Below, piece after piece: positions 14,073-27,815 of a DNA stretch of 64,000 bases (positions are counted from its first letter, which is position 1; every line of letters begins with the position of its first letter). A model generated the notes under the pieces. That model was not told where the DNA came from, ran no database searches, and saw nothing but the letters and a program-made list of their open reading frames with translations. This stretch comes from Adineta vaga (Eukaryota; Animalia; Rotifera), in contig CP075492.1 of assembly GCA_021613535.1 (NCBI GenBank), positions 14,198,001-14,262,000 on the forward strand, read 5' to 3'. Made by a program: the position numbers and the translations under genes.

Positions 14073-15958
14073 TCTGACATGCCGACGACTATTGCCCAGG
14101 ACAAATCAATATTTCATTTTTAATCTCGCTTTTAGTTCTAGATCTATTTAGCATTTTAATAAATAAAACACTCTTTTCAAGACAAGTAATACGAGGAATG
14201 TTGTTCTTAAAAGTTTGTGCCAGAAATTGACTAAATCAGGTTGTTATCTAGTTCGTTACAGATGCTGAATGTTGAATAAAATTTCCGTTACTATGATTTG
14301 CATTTTCTGTTGGTGAGTGAATATTTTCACCAATGAAAAAAATAGATCAGTAACAAAAGAAAAGTAAATGAATGATAACTAATTATCTTTTTCTTTTCAA
14401 TCATTATATATTCAATAAGAAATTTAAGCAAATATCTATTCGTCGTATAGTGGCAATAAACGATTATAGTGAGACTAAATTGACTGTTTTGATTATATAA
14501 TAAGATCATTAATCTGATTCTTTTAAAACAAACAACACAAAATACAATTGAGCAGTTGGAAAAACAGGTCTTGAAATACGAAATTGAAACTAACATGACA
14601 AGATAAAGAATGTCATAGTATAGTAGCTAAAACAGCGTATTTATGATACAAGCAACAAAACCCGGATGAACTACCAAAGTTTTTTTTCAGCTTTGATTTT
14701 ATTCGAATACTGAGGTAATCAAAGTTTATTTTAAATGAAAGTCAAGATCAACGACGATAAATTTTCTTTCGAATAGTAAAATTTAGAAGATAAAATCAAG
14801 CATTATGCATACAAAAGTGCTTGGCTTAATTGATGGTTAAGTATATATACAAAGTTGCTCCCTTTTATTCATTTTCTGATATGCGGAGAATAAATGTCAT
14901 ATCCGTCCGCCAAATATTTCTACCAAAATTATTTCGAAAATTAAGTCTTGCTTCACTCTTTAATCAATACTTACAGATCAAAGTTTGTATTCCGTTTTCT
15001 GAATAGTGACACATCAGAAATCAATTTGAGTCATAAGTAATATCTAGATAGAAGAAAATAATTGAAAGAAATCCTCACAAATTCCAGTGATTTTTGGAAT
15101 TAATTAATTTGGAAAAAAACTAACAGAAGAACAACTTGTATATTTGCGACGATGTAAGTATTTATTTTTAACTCGAAAGTTTTCTCTATACACAACATAT
15201 ATTTCGATTATATGATCAATAAATCTCCAGGAATTACTCAACACTTGAATAATAATAGTTTTCGTTTTTTGTTATAGATTTGGTTTGATTGTCGATATTT
15301 GAGTGAACGAGCTATTGCACAACGGCAATATGAAGCAAAAAAAGCTGCGGCTTAGAATGAATTTAGTGTCTATATCTCCATTGCTCTAGTTGGAAATCAA
15401 ATTTGTTATACTGGCGATTTAAATCGATTGACTGAAATAGAAAGTATTCATCAATTAAGTAATTTGCTTCTTAATAAAAGTCATGCAAAGTGAATTTTTT
15501 CCTCCACTTGACATCAGACCTGTCGCAGTGAGGAATCTTGATCTAAAAAGTCTACGTCAAAAACTGATTATATCTCGTTGTTTTTTAGTTCGTTACAGAT
15601 ATTGAATATTGGATAAAATTCATGTTACTGATTATCAAATAACTGATAACTTAGTAGTAATATCATTTCGTAGTCTTTAGAGATCAAAGCATAAATAGCA
15701 TGAAAGCAAACTATATTTGAGTAGAAGATTTGCTCATAAATAGAAAATGTTTAAAAAAACAGTTTTTACAAGAAGAACAATAAAAAGAGATAGAACAACA
15801 TACAAAAGACTTGGTCTAAGAAAAAAACGAGTATTTTCTCGAATACATAATTGATATGACGAATTATTGAAAAGAAAAGTCTTGAAAGGTACACATATCA
15901 TAATCATATCTTCAGAATTGTATCATCAGTGTTCATCGATAACGTTATGTACATTGTT

Positions 15959-16273
15959 CTATTTTCCACAGGACAAACCTGTTCCGAATGTAAGTGCGCC
16001 ATTACAACACGTGTAGAACGATGGATTATAGGCTCTCGTACCACAACATGCTTGTCCGCTACCAAAAGTGAGTACACCATTGCAGCAGGTGTAGAATGAT
16101 GGTTTGTAGGCTTTCGTATCACAACATGATTGTCCGCTACCAAAAGTGAGTACACCATTACAACACGTGTAAAATGATGGATTATAGGCTCCACAGGCAG
16201 CACCTTCAGCACTTAACCAAGATGAAACAGTAAGTAGGAAGATTAGAGCTAAAGTGGTCGACGATATATACAT
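15959..16273 (-). CDS. Small secreted Cys-rich protein with three 26-aa galaxin-like repeats
   Basis: Signal peptide followed by AY(N/K)PSFYTCCNG(V/A)LTFG(S/T)G.. three times (78-bp tandem units). Confidence 0.85.
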   Translation of the reverse strand: MYISSTTLALIFLLTVSSWLSAEGAACGAYNPSFYTCCNGVLTFGSGQSCCDTKAYKPSFYTCCNGVLTFGSGQACCGTRAYNPSFYTCCNGALTFGTGLSCGK

Positions 16274-17893
16274 TCTTTGAGTTCAGAACAAAAATATAAG
16301 TAATTATAGTTTTTCTAACCTTATACTCTGTCGTTTATATAATATCTGAGTATAACAGCGACGAAATATTACGACGCAAATTCATATTTGTATAATGAGA
16401 AGAAAAAAAAACTACGACATTCATAAGGAAGTGAATCATTTTTAGTTTATGACAAATTCAGTTTTATCAGTAATTGAGTTTCGATTTATGAGAAAAAAAT
16501 ACATATAGGGCATCCATGATAGACGTATATCTAAGCATGGAAACAAGTTATTAGAGTAATGGATAGAGAAGAAAAAGAAAAACGAACAAGAAGGATAAAA
16601 AACACGTCACGCGAATAAAAACTCCAATGTTTGCTGCGCATATAATTGTTACACAGAAAAAGTAAATGAATCAGTGTAAAAGTGCAATTATTTACTAAAA
16701 ATAATATGACTACTATTTATATGTGTGTATTAGAAGGACAAAATTCAATCGATATATAAATGTAAATAAATAATGATATTCAAACTGGGTATCTGTAGTT
16801 CTTGTTGAATTCAGGATATCGAATAGTTTCTACATCATAGATGAATATGTATATATTTTAATTTAGATAGATGTTTGATTAAAAATAAAGTCATTGATTC
16901 ATGTATAGAACATTCGAGTTGTCCAAGATTAATACATATTTTATAGAAGTGTTCTAATTTATCGAAATTTTCACCTCAGCGCTCAGTTATATTCAAATTT
17001 TTAATATAGATTTGCTTAAATATTTGCATAGTTCATCGTCGGCAAGCCAAAACAAATTAAATGAAAGAAATGTGGGTTTTCAATGATGATAATTATGTTG
17101 TTGGCTAAAACATTTCTTTAACTATATCGGGTGTGTCAAACTTTGAACTGATAAAAGCCAAATGCTTTATAATCGATAAGTTAACGATCATTAGAAGTTA
17201 TTTAGAAAATGGATATGGCACTATCATATAAGAACAATGAGTCCCATATGGATCTTCGAGTAATAATGAAGATTGACTATTTCATGAAAATCGAAATGTA
17301 CTTGACCAAATTGCACTCCAACCGTTAACATCGATAAGAACAGCTGCTATACTTTTCGAATGCTTTATAATTAGGCATTTTGTAGTTCTAGTTGATAATT
17401 GCAGACTTCGTACACAGTCGCACTGGTATTCAGAAGTAGTCATTGTATTGCATTCATCAAGCTTCACTGATTTTTTGTCTTGATTCGTGATCTTGAAAAG
17501 TAACAATTTGTTTTTCTTCAAATAATTTTCTCTATGTTTCTATCATTTTCATTTGTAGTTCAAAGTAAAACAAAGGGCGTGAGTGATGGTGGGAGTCTCA
17601 CACTAAAATAAGTGAATCAAATTTCCCTGACATACTACGCATCTGTTTTCATTACTAATGCACCATAATAGAAAACATCTTACACTTTCTCACTTAAAAA
17701 TAGAGTGTATTTAGTATTTACACAGCACATAAAATACCATTATTTAGTTATTGTATAGAACATCACATAAAGCGATAAAATGAAGTTCTTCTGTGTTTTC
17801 TTGATTCTGATGGCTCGTGTTTCAATTGCAATGAAATAGAGAACGACATGGAATCTAAGTATTCCAGAACTTTTTGCAAGATTTCAGTTGGTA

Positions 17894-17969
17894 TGAGGGT
17901 GTGGATGTGAGTAGGAAATTTACACATTAATCTCACACGCAATTTCACCCTCACCAACATCCTCAAGAT
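17894..17969. repeat. Inverted copy of the telomere-like hairpin element
   Basis: The reverse complement atcttgaggatgttggtgagggtg...cacatccacaccctca aligns to both ends of 29656-29743. Confidence 0.65.
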
Positions 17970-18249
17970 GGGAAGAAACACAGATTCCTTTCGTAGACAA
18001 TGATTCAACACTTGTATGATAACTTTTCATATCTAGTATCAAAGATAAAACTGCAAGAAGAGAAAGATAAATATAAACAGGTGAATAAATATAAAATATA
18101 AAGAAGTTCTTGAGAAGTACCTCAACTGGTTTCTTGGACTACTAAATATCGACAAGAATTCCGTATCAATGAAGCAACACACAGCAATCGTAATGGTATG
18201 TAGAATATATAAGATATGATGTTATCTTTTTGTGTTTTAAGATTCACCG

Positions 18250-18450
18250 ATGAACTACAACACATTTATGCTTGTATTGATTGCTCTTTGCATCATCGGA
18301 ATTATTTTGACTGTCATTTTTATGACTGTTGGCAAGAAATTTAAGAGAATCCGAATGAAGAATGCAACAATCAATGACAATATTTTCGATGATTCATCGA
18401 ATCAAGATGTCGTTTACCGCTCAAACTATTTACGAAAAATCGATGTTTGA
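18250..18450 (+). CDS. Small single-pass membrane protein or 3' remnant of a larger gene
   Basis: One hydrophobic helix followed by a basic stop-transfer segment (KKFKR). A candidate intron (~18196-18241) lies upstream, but the upstream frame is interrupted. Confidence 0.4.
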   Translation: MNYNTFMLVLIALCIIGIILTVIFMTVGKKFKRIRMKNATINDNIFDDSSNQDVVYRSNYLRKIDV

Positions 18451-18825
18451 AGAAATTATTTAATTATAAATTTAGTATATTGCTCTTTTCTATAATAAAC
18501 TATTGATATGCTTCTTCTATATGAAGTCAATCTTCCTTCAGTAGCAGACTTGCTCGCAGTTTTGCTGTTAGATAAAAACGATGGTGAAATGATTGTAGTT
18601 TCTTGATAATGTCTATTCTACACGTGTTATCAAACGATAATGATGGTAGATTCGAGAGAGAAAAAAAATATTTTCGCCATACAACATACAGCTACAAAAC
18701 AACAGAACAGCAAAAAAAATGGTATTTTGCCACGATGATTCTTCGATGTTTCTATACATTGCATCATGTTTTTTTTCTTTTTCTTTTGACACACGTTATT
18801 TTTGTCTAAATAAACGAATTTTCCT

Positions 18826-19642
18826 ATGGCTACCGTTGCAACAGCGACTATTGCTAATACTACTAAAAATGTGTTAAAAAAACAACAAGGTATATTAAGA
18901 CACAATGCATTTTTCTGTATATAAAACCATTGTTTATTTTCTCAGGATGGCGTAGTTTAATTAAACCATATATTTTTTCAACAGTTGCAATTGGTGCGAG
19001 TGCAACATCAGGTGATTTTATATGTCAATACTTAGAAAGACACAAGAAGAAACAAGAGAATGATATCAACGGAAGATTATCATTCTTGTCTTTTTTACCT
19101 TGGTGGAATCGTGAACGATCTTTGATCATGTGTACTTCAGCTGTCTTAGTATCATCACCATGGCATTTTACAGTTGCTCGAACAATCGAACGACTATTTC
19201 CAGGTTTGAACAAAAAACAATATTCATTTTCCATTTTGTCGATTTCTATTATCATTTAACAGGTAAACAAGGTATCCAAATCGCTAAGAAAATACTAGCT
19301 AATACATTAATAGCACCGGTTGGTATCAGTTTAATATTTTCCAGTATTACTCTTTTAAAAGGTCAAACCTTTGCTGATGCCAAAACAAAAGTAAAAAATG
19401 ACATGCCAAAAACTTATCTAGCTGGAACATGTTATTGGCCATTTGTTTCTTTTATTAATTTTCGTTTTGTTCCATTGGATTACCGACCATTTCTTGGTAG
19501 TTTAGCTGGAGCTATATGGAATGTTTATCTTTCATCCGTTGCCAATCAAACATCAGAAAGTTCATCCAACTCTGCAGAATCGACATCGACTTCTATTAAT
19601 CAAACTAATTCAAGAATACCATCGGAGTTAAAAGATTTGTGA
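18826..19642 (+). CDS. Mpv17/PMP22 family membrane protein, 3 exons (introns 18890-18945, 19204-19262)
   Basis: GDFICQ, YWPFVSFINFRFVP and WNVYLS motifs; the splice phases are consistent. Confidence 0.88.
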
Positions 19643-19882
19643 TATTTCCAATCATGTATATTTAAAAGATAAAAATATTAATAATCTTATTTTCTTTATT
19701 ACACCCATATAGTGTCATAATTTTTTTTCTTCTGTTCGTATCAAAAGTCGATATAAATATATTGAATGTCATGCATTCATTCGTTCTTTTCTTTCTCTTC
19801 CTTTCTCTCTATTATTGCACTATGTCATAACAAGAAAAACGGATCATAATCACTCTTTTCTTATTAACCTTCGACTGAAAGC

Positions 19883-21249
19883 ATGCTGCAACGAAAGAAT
19901 CGTTCTTGGACGACATCCAATGATGAAACCGATTCACAAAAACAATCTCTACTCCATAGATTTTTTCATCATCATCATCATATTAGCCCTCACATTTCAA
20001 CACTCTATTCCGCTTGTCAAAACAACGATTTAGTACAAGTTGAAGATTGTTTGAAAAATATGAAACCTATAGAAATTGATCATCAGTATGCACCGAGTAA
20101 TGAAACTGTTCTACATATGGCAACACGAAATCAATCTAAAGAAATGATCAAAACTCTTTTATCATACGGTATACAACGATCATTACGAAATATTCATGGT
20201 CAACAAGCTTATCATTTAGCGCAAAATAAAGAAATTGAAGATTTATTTCAACGTCCAAAATCATCACGTTTTACTTTTTTACATAAAACAAATAGCGTAT
20301 CGAATTTATCTGAATATAAAAATAAATGTAAAAGTTGTTCATTAATTAATGATAAGACATTTTATGAATGGGAATTAATCAATGAAAATGCTTCCCAAAT
20401 TGCTTTAAGATTTCGTCGCGAATTAAAACCATTAATTTTCATGAATGAAAATGATTTCAAACAAAAACTTTATTCTATTCATAAAGGTTATATTAAAACA
20501 CGTTTACAACATATATCGACAGCAGATCATGAACGTATCTCTAGTTATTTCAAACGTGCATTATATGAACATAAACCTTATTATATCATTACAGCTTATA
20601 CAATTTGTCAAAGTTTTACTGAATTATTAAATCAAGATTTAGCACGAAATGTTATTCATGATATTAAAAATGGATGTAGTAAATTTTCTTGTGATTGCCT
20701 TTATTCAACTGAAGATGGAACAAAATCGATAACAAATATCTTTTTTTATCATCCAAAATTTCGAGAACTTTCGTATAAAGGTGAAGTCTATCGTGGTATT
20801 GTCATAGAAAAACTAGTCTTCAACATTATAAAGTTGGGTCATGTATTATAACAACAACATTTCTTTCTGCATCAAAAAATTCACTTGTAGCACAAGCTTT
20901 TAGTGATAAAGGAACATCCGATTCATCAATGCATTCATTCTTTTGTATCTATGAAATATTCAGTGATGAACATACAGCTTTGGACATATCGACAATATCG
21001 GAATTTGAATTCGAAGATGAAGTTTTAATTTTACCGTATTCAGCATTTCTAATTACAAATATGGAAGAAGGAGAAGATATGACAAAGATCTATTTGAAAG
21101 AACAACGTTTAACACAATTATTTGATGAACATACAAAAACATTGAAATCATCGACACGTCTTTTAGAATGGATTGAAGCTGGCTTAAGTAAGTTAATCTT
21201 GTCTGATGATGAAAATATACGATCTCGATCAAAAACGATGCCAATGTGA
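19883..21249 (+). CDS. Ankyrin-repeat + R-S-E (ARTC-type) ADP-ribosyltransferase, 1-nt frameshift in the A-run 20808-20812
   Basis: LYSACQ and TVLHMA ankyrin repeats, AYT, VYRG. Adding one A gives LQHYKVGSCIITTTFLSASKN in frame with EFEFEDEVLILPYSAF. Confidence 0.82.
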
Positions 21250-21256
21250 AAGACAA

Positions 21257-22204
21257 TTATATTGCAGATGAAATTTGTGTAGTATTTGATACATCACTAT
21301 TCGTTCTTTTCCTTGATGTTTCACAAAAAACGATATTTGTTATTACGATAACGAATGATCGTCGAAATTCATTCATATAAACATTCGATGGATAAATATA
21401 AATTAAGAATGTCATTGTAAATGGAATGTTTGCTAAACTTATGAAAATAAAATACAAACGCAAAGTCGTACTTGAATCAATTCGTTCACATGAATAGATC
21501 ACATGTTTAAAAAGATACCATGGTAATATACAAATAATAAAACACAATGGTGGAAGAAAGAAATCTAAATGTTTTATCATTTGTTGTCTCCAAACAAGCC
21601 AATAATTTCTTTCGCCTAAATTGATATATACTTTATGTACACTGATTTGTTTCAGTACGAAATAACTTGACAGAATATGTAGACAACATGTTAATAGAAC
21701 AATACCAAATTCAATACTTTTAATGATTTTTCCTAAGTTCAAAATATTTGTCGAAGTCAAATTATGATTGTTGAAGAATAAAAGAATTGTTGGAATTTGA
21801 GTAAGTAAAGTAATAAAGAATAAGATGACGGAGAAGAGACAAGCAATCATACTTGAATATCACATTGCACAGAAATTGAAAATATTTAATGCAATAGCTG
21901 ATATAGAAAATAAATTTGTATGTTGAATCGATTGTGTATCAGATATAACAGATATTTCAAGAAATATACAACGTATGAGATTACATAATGAGAGAAGAAT
22001 AAGATATATACCGAGATTGGTTATACGAATCGATAGACGAAGACATGTTTGAATAGTTAAAAAATTATTGATAAGAGAAAATTCAATAATTAATTGAAAT
22101 AAAAGAATGAATATATATTCACTATTGGGTAAATACAGAGCTATACTATGATATCTTGATTGTTGCAAGATATCTGTACATGGAATGATTGTTGATGTAT
22201 TCAT
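21257..22204 (-). pseudogene. Divergent 7TM-like receptor with one in-frame TGA (21860-21862)
   Basis: ORFs 21860-22204 and 21257-21850 are in the same frame; multiple TM helices; C-terminal YIYPSNVYMNEF. Confidence 0.6.
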
Positions 22205-22970
22205 TTTAACTTAGATATGTTTATGAGAAAAGAATAATATTTGCACAGTACTATATTATATGTCAAGATTATAGAGTAGAAGAACCTGACGTATACTTCA
22301 TATCATGAATGACCTCATTTTATTTCTGCGTAAATATATATTGATTTGAATAGAAAAATGAGTAGGAGAATCAGAAAAAATAGAAACAGACCACGTGTTG
22401 ATTATTTCACTTATATTTACTTCATTCGATTATAATCTATATATAGTTGCAGATAATTTTGAGCTCTTTTCGTGTAGAATGTAATCAATGTGAGCAGGAC
22501 TATTGTAAATGCTTTGACGAGAAGAAACGTGATTTTTTATAATGATAAATACTTTTAATTCTGAGATCAGTCTGTACTTTGATGTATTTTTCTACTTTAA
22601 AAAGTAATATTCGTCTTTACCCTCACAAATGAACACATTGCTTAATGAAATAAAGTTGATGAAACCCTTTTATCGAATGAAACAAACAAAAATTTGATTC
22701 GACTTGATATTCTATTTTTATTTTAAAGATATTCACCGGGAAAATGAAAGTATAATAAAGGACTCTAATATAATTGAATATTTTGAACATGAACATTTTA
22801 TTATCACCAATAACCTAAAGGATTTTCTCTTGAAACTACAACCTACTGAAATTCTTATTAATGCACTTTTCATCCTAGCTTATAGATACAAAAATAACAG
22901 AACACGCTAATTACTTTTTTTTCTAATTATAAAAGATTCAGTACTGAATTCTATTTTTTCTTTATTCAAA

Positions 22971-23925
22971 ATGAATTCATCAACACCAGTACATCAAATA
23001 CCAAACATTATCATTGATTGTTCAATTATCACAGGCTCTTCAATTACTATTTGCGTTTCACTTGCAATATTTCAATTGATTTGCTATGATTTAATCAAAC
23101 AGAAAACTTCTTTAGATCGAGTTGCACTTCTTCTAACAGCAAATGTTTATTTATCATTATTCTTCTTCTCCGCATTAGTTCTTGAACAGTTTATACGTGC
23201 ATATCTAGGACATCGCTATTTGATGTATCATTAAGTGATGGAATCTATTGTCAATTTCGTTCTTATCTTCCATGGGTGTCCATTTGTGGAATCATGTACT
23301 CGAATACTTTGCAAGGAATCTATCGTTTATGTCGAATTGTTTTTCATACTAAACAAATGCTTCAATCATTTCACTTCTACATGAAAATGATCGTTATTCA
23401 ATGGATTCTATGTTTCACAATTCTCATTCCTTCATTTTTTCTTGATGGTTTTAAATATTCAGTGAATAATTATTATTGTGAAAATGATTATAGAAATATT
23501 CGAAGTACAGTTTTTAATGGTACTCTCTCTTCTACCATTCCGATAACTCTAGCGAGTATGTGTTAGTTTATACATGGAGAAAAATGCATCGAAGAGATAA
23601 TCATTTATTACAAACAATGACACGAATTCAAGAGATGAACGCACGACGTGATTTAGTTGTACTGTTTCGAATTTGTATTATTCATGGATTCTTATCCATA
23701 TTCTTTACACCTTCTTCAGTATTACTTTTCATTTATATTGGCACTGGGTATGAACCTTGGTGGTCACCACAATTTCAATGGTTATTTTTGTGTCTGTCAA
23801 CTACCTGTATTAGTGTTACACTATTATTTATATCACCTCATGTTCAAAATTTATTGAAAAAAAGATTTCATCGACGTCGTCATCAAACATCTGTACATAT
23901 TCATATGAGAGTTACTTGTCCGTAG
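22971..23925 (+). CDS. Orphan 7TM receptor with two frameshifts (~23220, ~23555)
   Basis: Three consecutive ORFs give TM1-7 (YCQFRSY, YRLCRIVF, SPHV). Error versus pseudogene is unresolved. Confidence 0.65.
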
Positions 23926-24265
23926 AGAATACTGAACTGATTATTTGTAATAATATATTCTCTCATTCACATTTTCAAGAGTATCAATTTTGTTGTGAAA
24001 TTAGAAAATGATGATAGACGAACAGTATGTTTATCACAGTGAGAAAAAAAAGTACTAAAATACCTAGTGATTACACAACAAACCTATTGGCTGATTTTTA
24101 TATACTATGAATTTGATGAATCGAGTAGATCGATAAGTTTTCTTTCTCTCATCTTTTGACTCGTACACTCGAAAGTGTTTACATACTGATGTCATATAGA
24201 TGAGAAAAACAAAAATAATTAGATGATAGTATTCATAATTATAGAAGCGTAAGTGATAGTTTGGA

Positions 24266-26414
24266 TTACCATTGATAAAATTGCTTGTTATTCTTCGTAT
24301 CATCACTATTACAACCTGATAACCATTTCGAAGGTTTCGTAATATTTACAAATCCAAGTTTGGCTGCTGGACTATTCCATTTCACTGTGAAAAAATTACA
24401 TTGATTTGTATCACCTGAAAACAATGGATCATCTATAATACTTCCATTGTCTTGACCTGTCTTTTGCCAATCAATAAATGATAGCTGTTGTGGACCGAAT
24501 AGTAATTTAGTACCATACGGATTGAAATAGATATTATTATTCAATACTGCTCTAACGTTTGGATCAGATTTATAAGCTGAATGATTTGTTCCTTGAAATG
24601 TATCATAAACAATATTACGTGTGTATGTCCATGATGTATGATTTTCTGCTAATTGAATACGAACATCACCATCGGGAAAAGGGTCACCTGGTTGTGATGG
24701 TTGAATCAGTGATGCACGAGCAAAAACATTATTTACAATCGTATTATTTGCACCATAATGTTGAAATAAAGAACTCCAACCTGTATTGTATACAACATTA
24801 TTTGAAACAAGTATATTTGATGCACCATCATCAAGATAAATTCCCCACATATATGTTGCATAACTATACACGTTTTTAATAACATTCCCATGGATAACTG
24901 TACCTGATTGAATACCGATCGTATAAATACCACCTTGATCACAAAGTATATGTTGACCAATTGTATAAATATAATTTTCTAAAATGAAAATTTTTGTTGT
25001 TAATGATTCCGTATAACCATTTTGTGAACCAACAGATATACCATTATATCGATGATGATGAATACTATTATCTGCAATAATGATATCATATGCACGAAAA
25101 ACTAATACTCCTACACCACTGGGAAAAACATTTCCTCCATAACTAATTTCATTGGAAATGATCTTATTTGAATTTGCTAATATTGATGCTGGTGTTAGCC
25201 AATCACCAATCCAAACACCACCAGCACCTGTATCATTGACTAATGAATTCATAAAAATAATATTCGATGTCCCTTCTCTTAATCGCAATCCATATGATCC
25301 TGTATGACTAATTTCAACATTAGATATAGTGATTGATGTTGCATTGGCAATAAAAAATGCAACCGATGTAAGAAATGAGGCTGATGCTGAATTGGCTTGT
25401 TCAGTACGACCGATATTCCATGCACCATGTTGTATAGCAATATTATCAATAATAATATCTCGAATGGGATCTGTTGTACAGTTGCTAGCTAAGGAAACAA
25501 CAATTTCTTGAACTGATGTAATGATTTGTGCTTGTGTTGGATCATAGGTACCATCTGTCATCAAGTAGATCGTTTTCGTTTCATTGACAAAACAGAATGA
25601 ATTTGGAATAAGTGCTTCACAAAGATTTTCAATATGAAATCGTCGTTGAGCTTGAGTTGGAAATTCGCCAATAGGATATTGAGAAGGATTAGTAAAGAAA
25701 ATAGTATTATTCGACGGTATGAGTCGATCAATATAATGATGGGATTCTGTCCAACTATGATAAATAACTACCATTGCATCTGTTAATGATGTATAATTGA
25801 ATTGTCCAGGTGCATATTGAAAACCATATCGTGATTGAATGGAATCATTTAAAGGTGCAACATATTGCAAATATTCGGAAAAATTAGTTGGAATACGTGT
25901 ACGAACAATTCGTTGATTATTTACGAATAATTGATTAACGAAGGATATTGATGAAGCAATTGCACTATAAATATTGCCGCTAACATGTATCCAACCAGTC
26001 ACAGGTACTCCACCACTAATCACTGCCGTCTTTGAACGTTGATAGGAACTTTTATGCCGCGATCGATCCATCAAACAAGGTAGTCTCTGCTTCATTCATT
26101 GTTGTTAAACGTATATGACTATGCGCTTGTGTGATGTGCGTAGTGTTAACAAAATGATAGGTTGGATATAAATGAATGGTTATTCTGATTGATGATATCA
26201 TATTATTACGATTATACCGATGTTCAATATGTTGAAGTGCTTGGTGTAATGATGAGTAAGGAAATGCAAGTGATCCATCACTATCTTTATTAAAATTTAG
26301 AAATGGAACAACGTACAAATCGTTCGATAAAGTCGATGAAAGAGCTGACGTTTGATATAATTCACTAATAATTAAAATTAATGTCACTAAAATTTGATCT
26401 TTCGTAATTTTCAT
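24266..26414 (-). CDS. Secreted right-handed beta-helix (pectin-lyase fold, GH141-like) protein, intronless, frameshift near 26055
   Basis: Signal peptide; DGSLAFPY, VISGG, QLFVN, DQGGIYT and WGIYLDDGASN motifs; many parallel beta-helix turns. Confidence 0.82.
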
Positions 26415-26732
26415 TGTATTTCAAAATTCTATAAAGATTCAAACGTTCTTTTTAAAATTTCTATTTACTAACAGCACACATGTTGTTCGAAGGTAAAGAT
26501 GCATACACTTATCTCTCTGTTATCTATACAAAGTTCTTTTTTTTGATCAAGTTGAAATCAGCAACATGCATCTTCTATTTACATCCAGCATTAGATAGTT
26601 TTTTTACTGTCTATGCATTAATTTTGAAATAAAATGAAATTTTAATAAGAGTCTATTGAATTTTGTATTAATTTGAAGAGAAAAATGATTAATTTAAGAA
26701 ATAATAAGAAAAAATTATCTTTTCTAAAGTTT

Positions 26733-27518
26733 CTAACACATCTTTGACATTTCACTTCGTCCACCACATCCATTGAGGAAGACTCACACCATAGGTACCT
26801 AGAAAAAAGGTTAATAGAATTCAAATAGAATCGAAATGGATAAAAGTTCTTACATTTTTTACATTCACCGCAATGCCATTCTCGCCAACCGACACATTCT
26901 TGACATACAATGCAATGCCATTTACAATTATCTTGTTCAAAATCTTCTCGACAGAATGAATAATAATAGCTCGAAAGCTTATTTGATAGAAGCATACGAA
27001 ATAATTTTTGCATATGATTGAGTTTTTCGTCATCGTCAATATCGTTCCATTCTTCCACCCATTCTCCAAGTTCATGATCAAATTCACAAGCATCTGAATA
27101 ACTAAAACGATACATATATTTGATTAGATTTCTTGATAAAGAATAGATTATATATTTACCAGGCGGCTTGCATGATACGTTCTCGTAATTGATTTCGATC
27201 TATTTGTTTCAATGCATCAGCATTTTTAACATTTTCCACAAGCCAACTGGAAAAACAAGGATGAGCTGAATATTTCTTTTCATTACCAAAGAAATATTCC
27301 AAATTATTGAACATATTTTGACAAGATGATTGACATCCACATGATGAATTACATCCACTACCAAATTTGAAACAAGCACAAGTTCGTTTGGTACATCCTT
27401 TGGAGCAATTACATTTATCTTTCTTTTCATAATTTGGATTTTTTTCCGTAATTTGACCACTTTTTGGACCTTGATTTTGTTGTTCATCGGCACTATCAGA
27501 ATAATCGTCGATCCACAT
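26733..27518 (-). CDS. Tesmin/CXC-domain + C-terminal Cys-rich zinc-finger protein, 3 exons (introns 27102-27159, 26799-26853)
   Basis: [33 protein letters not shown]; [22 protein letters not shown]|CTYG. An apparent 2-nt loss lies near 26775. Confidence 0.75.
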
Positions 27519-27815
27519 GGTTGATATTTTTCAAATAAACGAGACGATCGATCGATTTTACTATATCTTTTTCTTTCACGGCGGTCGACAAAGATCTTAC
27601 ATATGGTTATCATATATTAAACATGAAATTTTATAAGAAAAGAATAAATGTTTTCAAATTACATTATTAAAATAGAGAATTATTTAAAATAATGAATTTC
27701 TTTCGATTTTCCAAAAAAAAAGATGTCGCTGAAAAATGGTTTACTTTCCGCATTCTTTTATGTTTTATTGAAATCTAGTCAATGAAACGATATAATTCAA
27801 TTGAGAAAAATGTGT

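Noticed and set aside
15904-16212. Alternative-frame repeat ORF overlapping the Cys-rich peptide
   Set aside because: It is a shadow of the 78-bp tandem repeat; the other frame has the signal peptide and the conserved Cys pattern.
20800-20820. Programmed ribosomal frameshift in the ART gene
   Set aside because: There is no canonical slippery heptamer or downstream structure, and similar indels occur in unrelated genes.
21860-21862. In-frame TGA as selenocysteine, readthrough or an alternative genetic code
   Set aside because: TGA is used as a normal stop in other genes here and no SECIS is evident; a TGG>TGA change or a base error is simpler.
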